Below are positions 12,664-24,192 of a DNA stretch of 64,000 nucleotides, in pieces; within the stretch, counting starts at the first letter, position 1, and every line of letters begins with the position of its first letter. A model generated the notes under the pieces. It did not search any database. It was given only the letters and a program-made list of their open reading frames with translations, and was not told where the DNA came from. The stretch covers positions 19,158,001 to 19,222,000 of the forward strand of contig OZ193909.1 in the NCBI GenBank assembly GCA_964276515.1, in the 5' to 3' direction. The DNA is from Gordius albopunctatus (taxonomy: Eukaryota). Position numbers and translations under genes: made by a program.

Positions 12664-14850
12664 CCTCATCCTTTCAAAATGAGGGACCACCAGGTCCGTG
12701 CTGTCCCGCCCGGGCGTATTTCCTAATAATATCAATTCTTCCTCCGGGTTGACCACGACCTGGCTGGTGTCCATCGTAACCCCTTCCACACGTACCGGCT
12801 CCACCGTCGTCAAGTTTTCTATCGACTCCACCGTCCTTTCTTGCCTTGCCGGTCTGGACGGGATCCCTCGCCTACACGTTGGCAAACGGTGCCAGCTTCT
12901 GCATACCCTGCAGAAGACTCTAGCTTGCCTTGGTGCTGCCGGCCGTCCTTCCTGTGGACCCCGCGACGGTCTCCTTCTTTCCTCCGTCCGTGCCTCAGGA
13001 CATCCCTGGCGAACCGATGTACCTCGTGTCGGTATATTTCGGACCGCGGGCGGGGCCACACTTTACTGCCGCCCCAGGTCAACCCGTCCAGCTAAACCCC
13101 GGCGCTGGCCACGGTATCTGTGTACCACGTCACTCTGCCTGCCCGAATGAGGTCTAGCTGCCTCGTGACGAGTTGCCCGTCCGTGCCGACCCGACGCCCT
13201 TTCATCCGTGCGAGTGTCCTCGTGCAGCACGCTAATGTAGGGTTCCATAGGCCGCCTCTCTCTGACCTCAAACACGACAGGTCTCGGCCTCCCCCTTCGT
13301 CCGTGGGCTACCGCTCTCAAACGCACTTCTACGACCACCCATTCGGTACGGTATTCCATCTAGATAAAATATCAAAAGATTATTATATCGATCTAGAGCG
13401 TAACTGCTCCACGTGTCGCACGTGTCTACCAGGAGAAGCTAGAACCTCTATCTCGTACATTTTCGTACCTTTCGGAGATAGGATCTTAGTCTCTAACCAT
13501 TTCTCTTTACCAATATAATTACGCGCCCACACCGCATCACCGATTTTAAATTTAGAATCGCCCTGTGATCTGGTGTTCGATTGCGCTGATTGTAACATCG
13601 TATCAACAGGCGTGTGTGGCAAACGGCCCAGAAACATCTCGCTAACCGGATGTCGAGAAGGGACCCTTGGTGCGATGTTGTGGTAAAGTCGATAAAGCCA
13701 AGTCCCGTCCTTTTCGACCTTAGCGTTCTTCAACCATCGTTTCACCACAGCCACGTGCCTTTCCGCGAGTCCATTCGTACTCGGATGATACGGAGGTGTA
13801 AGTAAATGCTGTATACCCCATTTACTACAAAATTCCTTGAACTCGACGCTGGTAAAAGCAGTGCCGTTGTCGGATACAATCGTCTTCGGTATACCATAAG
13901 CTCCTGCCAGATCTTTTAAGAACTCTACCACTACATCCGTAGACAACTTGCTCACTTGCTTATATTCTACCCAAATAGAGTGCGCATCTACGAGTATAAT
14001 ATACCGTTTTCTTATACTCGTATCCCCTTAGACATCCCAGCTCGTCTATAAAGATAGACGTGAACCCTTCCAACATCCGCTGTAGACTTTCTGACCAACC
14101 ACTCAGGGAACGGGCTGCATCGCCACCCATAAGATTACGAGTGTCGGTAGAAGATGTCGGTTTATCCCCCGACTCCGTCTTAACTACCGATAGTCCGTCT
14201 ATTTCGGCCCCGGGAGAGGTAGACTTTAGGGCCCAAGCCATACATGGCATCCTTAAGGGATTACTACCTGCTCCGCCAAAATCCTTTTCACCCATTTCCT
14301 GTGGTCCACTACATTGGATTTTCTTACACAAGCCAAACCAATTGTTCAACGGCCCTATCACCTTAAGCCATTCCCACCCTAAAATTGGTCTAATCTCAAC
14401 GGACGTAATATACAAGGGCAATATTAACTTTTTACTTCCCACCTCTACCTCAGCCTTAATTTTTCCCAGTATTTCTATTTCGCCCCCGTCTACCTGCCTA
14501 GCCCTGATATCTGTGTTATCCCATTTCCGGTTAGGCCATGCCGACAGGAATTTTTTTTACTTATTAGCGATATGGTAGCTCCACTGTCCCCTACCCATTC
14601 AATTACCTTATTGTCTACTTTTAATTTAGTTACGGGGCGGCTACTTTGTGTCAACCCTTCAAAAAACATTTTAATTCTATTTACGTAATTATCTTCCTTA
14701 ACACTGTTTAAATCCCTTTCCGTTTTATCCTCCTTAATCTTCCCCAAAATTTCCTTTATCGTAATTTCATTTATTAATACCTCATTCCTTGCTTCCCTTA
14801 CTTTTAAAGGCAAGCATACCGAGGAGGGCCTGCTATCCACTGTAAGGCTT
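12358..14850 (-). mobile_element. Ty3/Gypsy LTR retrotransposon, 5'-truncated, with RT/RNase H deleted
   Basis: Protease IEWVGDSGATISLI (14490-14879) and PILGWEWL. The RT start (FIDELGCL) is joined at ~13960 directly to integrase (IVSDNGTAFTS, PYHPSTNGLAER; 13383-13955). PPT GAAAGGATGAGG lies immediately before the 3' LTR. Confidence 0.88.
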
Positions 14851-14851
14851 G

Positions 14852-15480
14852 TTAAGGGTATTGGACAATGTTGTTTCAATGCGTTTACAGATTATTTTCG
14901 ACGTTATCCGGCGGGATAGATTCTCAATGGCTATTGGTCTTAGGGAGTTATTAGATTTTTTAAAGCTAAAATTTGAGCTCCAAAAAGAATTGGCCTAATT
15001 TCTTGGGGGATATTTGCATTGATAACTTTAAGTTGCATAGGAGGATTAAAGAATCAACTAAAGAACTTGAATTATTGTTCTTTAAATTTATTAAATCTTG
15101 CAGGAAGTTAGGTTTTATGCCATCTAGTCCTGCTGCGGAATCAAGGGGAAATGAATTAATAGCTTCACTGATTTATTGGAAAGATAAAATCAATGAAGAA
15201 GTACTGTTTGGGTATTTAAATGCATGTTGAGAAATGGGATTTAACATATTAATCTGGTTGAATGAGCCTTGGTTGGCTAAAATCATAGTGTGATTGTTAT
15301 AGAAAACATTTAAAGCTCCTCTCAAGTTGTAAGAATTAAGTTTATGGGGAATTATATTTGCTTTCTGTTGTAAGGATGTGTCTATAATGGATGTTTAGTT
15401 GGTGTGGGATGGCATAAACCATTATTGAGATTTAAAATTGCATCTTTGATATGCTTAACAAAGAGAGAGTGATTTATTAA
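14852..15480 (-). mobile_element. CRE-clade non-LTR fragment (N-terminal RT region)
   Basis: Minus strand reads FPLDSAAGLDGIKPNFLQDLINLKNN...NNSLRPIAIENLSRRITSKIICKRI; homologous to ~15965-16600. Confidence 0.82.
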
Positions 15481-15489
15481 ATCCACAGT

Positions 15490-16810
15490 AAGATTCTTCC
15501 CCTCATAACCTAAATTATCACTATGATATTAAACAAAGCTCTCTGTCCCTCTTGTAGTAGGAAAATATGCATAAACAAAAATAATTGTTTTTTATTACAT
15601 GGCCCCACAACATTTAGATGCCCTTCATCGGGTAAGAGTGTACCCCCAATTATCCCTAAACCCCCCTTAACTCTTAATATTGAAGAAAGAAATGAACCTT
15701 TCCTCCTTGTAACACCACCTGTTTTACCTCAACCCTCTAATTATAATATTAGTGACATAGAAGCTAATTATACATGGAGAAATGCCTTCTTAGCTCAATC
15801 CTATACTAATACTATAAACAGAATCCCACGTGGAGCTCGTCCTGCTACACAATAATTAATTATTATTAACCTTATCAAATTAATTTCTGATAATCCAGAA
15901 AAGCCTAAAGGTTGGGATACACTATATTTAATTTAGCTTCAAAGATTTTGTTTATTCCTCCAAACAAAGATACCAATTTATCCAAACATATCAAAGATGC
16001 AATTCTAAATTTCAACAACGGAATATCTCCTCCAATGTCAAATAAACAGACATCAAAGATAGACATATCCTTATCACAAAGAGCAAATCAAATCTCAAAA
16101 AAAATCCATTCTTACAATTTAAGAGGTGCTTTGAATGTATTTTATAATAACCACACCATGGTACCTGCCAATCAAGATTCATTTAGCCAAATTAATATCT
16201 AGCACCCTAACTCAAATCATACATTTAAATACCCAAACAGTATTTCTTCATTGTCATTTTCTCCCCAAGAAATTAGTGAACCTATCAACTCATTTCCCCT
16301 AGATTCCTCTGCTGGGTTAGATGGCATTAAACCTAACTTCTTGAAAGATCTAATAAATTTAAAGAACAATTTTTCAAACTCATTGCTTGAATCAATAACC
16401 CATCTTTGCAACTTAATTGTAAATGCCAATGTTCCTCAAGAGATTAGGCCAGTTCTCTTTGGGGCACGTCATTTAGCTTTAAAAAAACCTAACAATTCCT
16501 TAAGACACATCGCCATTGGGAGTGTATTCCGCCGTTTAATTTCTAAAATAATTTGCAAACGAATCAAACTCTCATTGACCACTACCCTTTCACCTCATCA
16601 ATTAGGCTTTGGTGGGAGGGGGGGGGGCAGAGTAAAAGAAAATTTTACTTGCCAAAAAAAAGGTCTCCAGTATCCAAAACGCGACCTATAAAATGGCTAA
16701 TCGGAGGGCCCATGTACCTAGATGATGCGACTTTGGCGGGCAGCTATGATCAGGTCGCCAAAGCCATCACCATCATTAAAGACTATTGTGTACTTTTAAA
16801 TCTATCGTAT
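15490..16810 (+). mobile_element. CRE-clade non-LTR retrotransposon 5' portion, degenerate
   Basis: N-terminal zinc finger CPSC...HGPTTFRCPSSG, RIPRGAR, FPLDSSAGLDGIKP, LALKKPNNSLRHIAIG, HQLGFG, then a deletion to YLDDATLAG; several stops and frameshifts. Confidence 0.85.
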
Positions 16811-16889
16811 CGCTCAACGATGCCAAATGCGAAATGTAATTATTTTTAAATATATTTTCATGTTTTTTTAAAGAAAAATTGGCAATCTC

Positions 16890-18808
16890 CTTACTTCATG
16901 GGGTCATATTAAAAGTTTCCTTTTTATGTCTTGGGTCAAGTATTAAAACAGCACAATAAACCAAATTCATTTTATTGTAATATTTCAATAATTTTTCCCT
17001 ACCTGTCTGTAGGGCTAATAGCATAATTTCGTCATTATTTGTATGGTTATTATTAATAAGTTTTATAATGGTCATATGAATTTTATCTAAGAGCATATTA
17101 AACCCCAATACCACTAAGGGTAATGTTACATATTTATCAGCACCTAACTGTGCTGATAAAATCTTAAAATCAACTAATATTATTACAATAATTTTTCCAG
17201 TTCTTTATTATTAGTACAAAGCAGGTTTATAGCCTCTTTAATTCTAATTCCTGTTTTTATCATATCATATGTTGAGTTCCACCTAGTTGAAATATCAATA
17301 TTTGGAGAAAGACTTTTAATATTTGTAGTTTCACAACAATTAATTAATTTATTGTTCCGTTTTTCTGATTTCTTAAGTTTTATAAATAAAGTTCTTAATT
17401 TGTTTATAGGTTTTGTATCGTTATCAAAATCTTCCTCATTTTCAATATCAATACAATCCTAATCACACCTTAAAACTTTTAACATATCCTTAACAGCAAG
17501 ATTCAAAGCATGTGCAAAGCAAAAAAAAACGCTGTTCTTTTGGGTCAAATATGTTTTGGGTGTTATTTAATAATATGCCTAACTCTTTTATAAAAGTGGT
17601 ATTGGCAGATGCATTATCTAGTGTGATTTCCTGAATTTTGTGTAAAATATTATAATTTTTCCATAGATTAAAAAATATATTTGCAATATCTTTACCAGTA
17701 TGTAATTCATTTGATGGAAGAAAATCAATAACAAATGAATTAAATACTCATTGTTCTGAAATGAAATGGGCTGTCACACCATAATAAGACTTGTTTTGAA
17801 TGGACGTCCATCCATCAATAGTGAATGATATCTTTGAAGTGTTAGATTGCAGGATGGCCATAATAGCTTTTTGTTTATCCAAAAAATGTTATGAAATTAA
17901 AATTTTCATGTTATCTCTTTGGGGTATATTTAGAGACGGGTTTATAGATTTAAATAAGGATATAGTCAAATAATCGTCAAAAAAGTTGAAGGGTAAATAT
18001 TTGTCAGCACACCACTGCACAAGTTTACTTTCAAATTCTGTTTGCTTAATCGGCCTCTGATGAGTTAAAAATAAAAAATTAATAAGAGAATGGTAGTGTT
18101 TTTTCAAATAATAAGAAATAGTATGTTTAAAAAATATATTTTATGAAATCTGTCCAATTAATCAGTGAAAATAATATTTCATAGCAAATATATACAAGTA
18201 TTTAGTCATTTTTAAAGAATATGCTTGAGATATAATAACTATTATAAGCTTACATTTCCTGAAGCTTCTAGGTTGGCTGAAAAAAAGTTGTTGGGCAGTT
18301 TCAATTCCTTACTAACTTGAGTAGGGTAAAGGGTATAATAATCCTTATGATGGTAACGTTTTAGATGTCGTTGAAGACCTGAAGTATTGCTATCTGTCAT
18401 TTTTATTTCTTTAGAGCACAATTTACACTTCCCCATTTTATCTGATTCCTCTTTGGAAATATTTCAGTAGCTTGTTCTTTTTTAAATTGCATTCTGGGGA
18501 AAAACTAATCGTCTAAAATGTTTATATTACATAAGCTAAATAAATACATAATTACTTCTTCGAATAACACTATGTTTGTCTTTTAATAAGATTATACTAT
18601 AAATTTGAAATTAGCGCGAAGCGGATAATTAGGTGCGTAAATAATTTAAAATCAAAATTTCAAAATCATTAATTTCATTTAATATCCCAAATTTAAATTT
18701 CATAAAATAAGATTCTTAAATAGTTAAATTTAACTTAATAGTAAAAAATAAAAATTAGAGTCGAGTCGAGACGAGACCGAGATTTATCTTGGTTTTTCCG
18801 CATCACTA
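16890..18808 (-). mobile_element. hAT DNA transposon with degenerate transposase, 3'-truncated
   Basis: BED finger CKLC..NTSGLQRHLKRYH (18242-18436), ISFTIDGWTS, VTAHFI, ITLDNASAN, FAHALNLAVKD, STRWNSTYDM and LILDPRHK. 5' TIR begins TAGTGATGCGG at 18808. Confidence 0.88.
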
Positions 18809-19190
18809 CCTAAAATGTGTTAGAAGCAGGAAGCATTAAAAGAAAGGCAAATGCATATAGATGCATGCAACTTTTAAAAGCACATAAATAATAAGGATAC
18901 GATTCTCCCTTGAAACTGTGGTAAGAGGACTCGAAGGCTCTCCATGGTTCATTCACAATTGTTGCCGACTTACTTTACATTTGATCTTCTTGATTTAGGT
19001 TTTAATGTCCGCCTTTGTTAGCATAGAAAAGGAGAGACAATAAATAAGAGGAAGGAAGGGCAAAGTAATTAGGTACTAACAAATATTAAGATAGGAAATT
19101 CATTGAAAGCTAATCCTTTTTGCCTGATATTAGGATCAATCAAGCTGGCTGAGTCATTAATAAATAAACCCGTTATAGTAGGTAGTAAAT

Positions 19191-19243
19191 TAACACTACC
19201 AACGACGGTCCCAAGTCCGTGTGAAAAAAGTGGAGGGTTGGCG
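19191..19243 (+). ncRNA. Twister self-cleaving ribozyme (type P1) at the RTE 5' end
   Basis: T^AA CACT ACC AAC G ACGG TCCC AAG T CCGT GTGAAAAA AGTG GAGGG. P2 CACT/AGTG, P4 ACGG/CCGT, T1 CCC/GGG, T2 AC/GT. The conserved U^A cleavage site and the general-base G (19233) are present. Confidence 0.88.
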
Positions 19244-22200
19244 TCAGGTCGGAAGCCGGCTGTAAAAAGCAACTCCAAACACCATGGCAGCTTCAAATAC
19301 GAACTTATACCAGAATGCTAGGGCGTCCTCCCCAAACGACGCGCATTGCATCATCCGCCCGTGCAATGTGAAAAGTATACAAGGGTCACCGCCTCTCTCA
19401 CAACGAAGGCGGTTAAGGAACCTAGTTGTCGAACGGTCAAGAGTGGCTAGCTGGAATGTGGGCACGCTGACGGGGAAGAGCATTGAGGTTGCGCAGATGC
19501 TAAAAAGGCGAAGGATACACATAGCGTGTCTACAAGAAACGCGATGGTATGGAACAAAAGCCAGGGAGCTAGGAGATGGTTACAAGCTATACTACTCGGG
19601 TTCCCCATCACGGAAGAACGGGGTCGGTATAGTGCTTAGCGATTCCTTTAAGGACGAGGTAGTCGAAGTCAAAAGATGCTCGGATAGATTGGTGTGCATA
19701 AAGCTGGCGGATCAAGGCGGCCTTGCCAATGTTATTTGCGCCTATTCGCCCCAGGTTGGATGTTCCGAAAATTAGAAGGACGAATTCTATGAGAAGCTCG
19801 AAAAAGAAATACGCTACGTGAAGCCTGACGAGAATCTCATCATCGGAGCAGACTTTAATGGGCACGCTGGGAAAGAAAGAGGCGTGTACGAACAAAATCA
19901 CGGCGGGCATGGCTATGGGGTGAAAAATAAAGAGGGAGAGAAGTCACTACATATGGCGCAAGCTTACGATATGGCCATTGTGAATACCTTCTTTGAGAAG
20001 CGTACCGAACATTTAGCGACGTATAGTAGTGGGGATCACCTTACACAGGTCGAATACATCTTAGTGAAGCGCAAAAATTTGTTGCAAATTAAAGATTGCA
20101 AGGTTATACCGGGGGAAGAAATCGCCAAACAACATCGGCCAGTTGTCCTCGACATGGCAAGAAAGATTTTTCCCGTAAGGAGAAAAGTCTACACACCAAG
20201 GACAAAGTACAAAAAGCTTAAGGATGATCGTGCAAATGAAAAGTTTCACGCTCGAGAAGCTCCGCTCTTGAAGGTTGCAGACTTGGGGGGCGACATTAAC
20301 AAAAGGTGGGAAACCTTTCCAAATGTCCTAAAGGAAACGGCCTTTCAAATCTTGGGACGAACTAAGGGCGGCAAAGCGCACAAGCGGGAACTATGGTGGT
20401 GGAATGACTCGGTCAAAGAGGCTATAGAAGAAAAGAAGGCGTTGTACCTACGATGGTACAAAACGAAGAAAGGAGAAAACTACGTGGCATATCGTGAAGC
20501 GAAACGCAAAGCTAGGATAGCGGTTGCGATAGCGAAGAACGAGGCTTACACCGAGATGGCAAACAAGCTCGATACCAAGGGCGGCGACATAGTCATGTAT
20601 AAACTCGCAAAGATTAGGGAGAAAAAAAGTCGAGATGTCGGACACTGAAAGTCATTAAAAGCGAAGAGGGACGAACGTTGTGCAAACCGAAGGAAGTCAT
20701 CAAAAGATGGAAAGATTATTTCCAAAATATGATGAACAAAACGAATGATAGAAGACCGTTAGAGAGGTTGGAACCGAACTCGAACTTGGTTTTACCATTG
20801 CAGGCTTATGAAGTAGGAGCGCAACTAACGAAGATGCGGAAAGGGAAAGCGCTAGGTCCCGATGATCTACCGATCGAAGCTTGGCTTGGGTGCAAAGGAG
20901 AAGGAATCGACATAATGACAGGCCTATTTAACGCTATGCTGTATGAGAGTCGTATCCCTGACCAATGGAGGGAAAGTACGATCATACCCATATACAAAGG
21001 TAAAGGAGACGCGCAGGAATGTGGCAACTTTAGAGGTATCAAGTTGACCTGCCACTCACTAAAACTACTAGAAAGGGTGCTAGTGAAAAGGCTCAATGAC
21101 GAAGTTTGTCTCTCGCCCAATCAGTTTGGATTTGTGGCCGGTAAATCAACGATGGACCCAATCTTTGCGTTGAAGCAGACGATGGAAAAATATGGCGGCA
21201 TAAGAAAGAACTTACACATGGTCTTCATCGATTTAGAAAAGGCCTACGATACGGTTCCGAGAGACTTAATATGGTGGTCCCTTAGAGCCAGAAATATACC
21301 CGAAGGATATTTTCGACTTATCAAGGAAATGTATAATGGCGCGGTTGCATCTGTTAGGACTACCGTAGGAGTAACGAAACCCTTCCGAATAATGATCGGA
21401 CTACATCAAGGGTCAGCGTTAAGCCCATTCTTGTTTAATCTAATTATGGATACAATAACAAAGGACTTGCACAAGCCAGCCCCTTGGACTATGCTATATG
21501 CAGACGATATTGTCCTATGCGATGAAACAAGAGAAGGGGTTTTTCATCAGGCGAAAAAATGGTCAGAACGTTTTTCGGAATTCGGGTTAAAGGTCAGCGA
21601 GAAGAAAACGGTTTACATGCAAACGATGGGCGGTAGTCCGCAAATGGACAAAAATGACGGTCCAATGTACAAGGAGGTTGATAAGTTCACATATCTTGGC
21701 TCGCTATTACATCAAGAGGGAGGATGTACCGCCGAAGTCCATTCTCGGATCAAGAAAGCATGGCTCAAGTGGCGCAGCATCTCCGGTGTCATGTGTGACA
21801 AAAAGATACCAATTTGGTTGAAAAGCAAGGCGTACAAAACCATCGTGCGACCGGTCTTGCTTTACGGGAGCGAAACATGGGCTGTAACCACCGCGGAGGA
21901 GAAACTCTTGCAAGTCACGGAAATGAGAATGGTGCGATGGAGCTTAGGCTACACCAAGCTGGATCGCATTACGAACGAATCCTTGATGACAAAGATGGGT
22001 ATACAAGCGACGAAGGACTTCTTAAGAGAAAATCGACTGCGGTGGTACGGCCATGTATTACGAAGAGACGAAGACGATGTCACACGCCGGACGCTGGAGA
22101 TGGACGTGCCTGGAAGAAGAGGAAGGGGCAGACCACGTGCCACCTGGAAACGACTGGTCTAAAAGGATATGGACGTCAAACAGATGGAAATTGGCATGGC

Positions 22201-22278
22201 ATTCACACGACTCAGATGGAAGAGGCTGCTGAAAACGTACCCCACGTCTGTGGGATTTTCAACACGATAAAGAAGAAG
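19192..22278 (+). mobile_element. Full-length RTE-clade LINE (APE + RT), defective
   Basis: APE motifs WNVGTL, CLQETRW and GADFNGH; RT motifs QGSALSP and YADD; C-terminal RLRWYGH..RGRGRP; (GAA)n tail. 15-bp TSD AGTAGGTAGTAAATT at 19177-19191 and 22279-22293. Stop at 19773-19775 and frameshift at ~20640. Confidence 0.95.
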
Positions 22279-22976
22279 AGTAGGTAGTAAATTGAGAAGG
22301 GGAAAAACTGACACAATAGTACTATCGATTATAAAAGCAAAGAAGTGAGCGTTAGACTAAGAGTTGCGGATCAAGTGGAGCCATGCAGAGGCCGAGTTGG
22401 GAAAGGAATAACAATTTCACTAGCATCACATTTCGTAAGCATAAAAAAATCACAAACATAAGAAGACATTATGCATATTTTTGAGTATTAAAATGAAGAT
22501 ATAGCTTACAAAATGTTTATGATTAGTCCGTAATATTGATACGTAAAGTAAACTATGTAATGGCTACTTACATTTTGACTGGATACTCCGAATTAACATA
22601 GGCTTTTTGCAACGGTTAAAGAGAGGAATTTTATTAAATGTTCGTTGGTAATTTCCTTTTTTAAGAATACAATTAAAACATATTTTTAAGCTATAATAGA
22701 AAGTTTCTACTACTTTGTAATTCTTAATTGAATTTCTTAATATCCTAAGACCGCTTAACGTTTTTAAATAAAATACTACTAAATAAAAATAATTAACTTC
22801 CCTAAATCAAAAATCTAGCCTATATTTGGAATGGGTATTAACATGATCTAGCGTAATTTAAGGAGATGTATGTCACAATTTTTTGAAGTTTTCAACATTA
22901 TATAATTATTCAGATTCAAACAGTTATTATTTTATAATTAAGCATGAGAAAATTTATTATGTAATGTAGGAATCTA

Positions 22977-23489
22977 TGGCGAAGTATATCCGGTATAATG
23001 TGCGACAAGAAAATGCCAATATGGTTAAAGAGCAAAGCTTACAAATCCATCGTAAGACCGGTGTTACTCTATGGAAGTGAAACATGGGCATTAAACACCA
23101 CGGAAGGAAAGCTATTACAAGCCACGGAGATGAGAATGATACGGTGGAGCTTGGGGTATACTAAGCTCGACCATATGACGAATGACTTTCTCATGACAAA
23201 AATGGGTATTCAACCTATGGCGGACATGATTAACGAAAATCGGCTAAGGTGGTATGGGCATATACTAAGAAGGACCCGGATGACGTAAATCGAAAAGTGC
23301 TAGACATGAAAATACCGGGGAAGAGAGGAAGAGGACGACCCCGTGTCACGTGGAAAAGGCAAGTCGATAAAGTTATGGAAACTAAAGAGATTCGTCAAGA
23401 CATGGCTCTAACCAGGTCAAGATGGAAGAGACTCATCAAAACAAACCCCACCAATGTGGGACCAAATAACTGATAAAGAAGAAGAAGAA
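22977..23489 (+). mobile_element. 5'-truncated RTE LINE copy (same family as 24193-27255)
   Basis: Near-identical to ~26744-27255; (GAA)n tail; TSD GAATCTA at 22970-22976 and 23490-23496. Confidence 0.92.
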
Positions 23490-24192
23490 GAATCTAGTGG
23501 TGTCATCTGACAATTATAGGAAATTTTGTCTAGAGCAAGATAATATAGGTACTGATAAGAAAAAACTTAATTTTCTCATTTTACTGTGATTTATCTTTAC
23601 TTTTTAATTTACATTAGTATTAAAACTGCTAGACTAAGATAGGACATTATTATAGGTTAGAAAATAATTATACATGCTTAATTTCACTTATTTAGCCTAA
23701 CCCTAAATCTTTCAAACCATAATAATCCCCCATAAAATTATGATATTGCTTAGATTGTTTACATTTTTATGGCTTATTCTCTGATCACATATATTATTTA
23801 ATCCTTTTAATTTCTATGTAATATTCCACAAACTATAGCATTTTTGATATATATACATTATAAAATTTAATCAAATATTTAATCACTATTTTAGCAATAT
23901 AAATCAAGAAATTATAAAACGTAGACATTTAATTTGAGAACAAATTAATGTGCCCAGTAAAAAATTAAATTTTCGCTCAGTAGAAAATTCAAATGCATAG
24001 TAAAATAATCAAATGCGCAGTAAAATAAACAAATGCACAGTAAAATAATTAAATGCTCAGTAAAAAAATAATATTCAGTAAAATAATTTTTTGTACAGTA
24101 TTAAATTGAATTGTTCAGTTATTTATTACGATGCTGTTGATTAAATATGATTTTTGCACAGTTATTTAAAATTATTTAAAAATAAAATATCG

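Noticed and set aside
12698..14578. Several overlapping plus-strand ORFs
   Set aside because: Antisense shadows of GC-rich Gypsy sequence.
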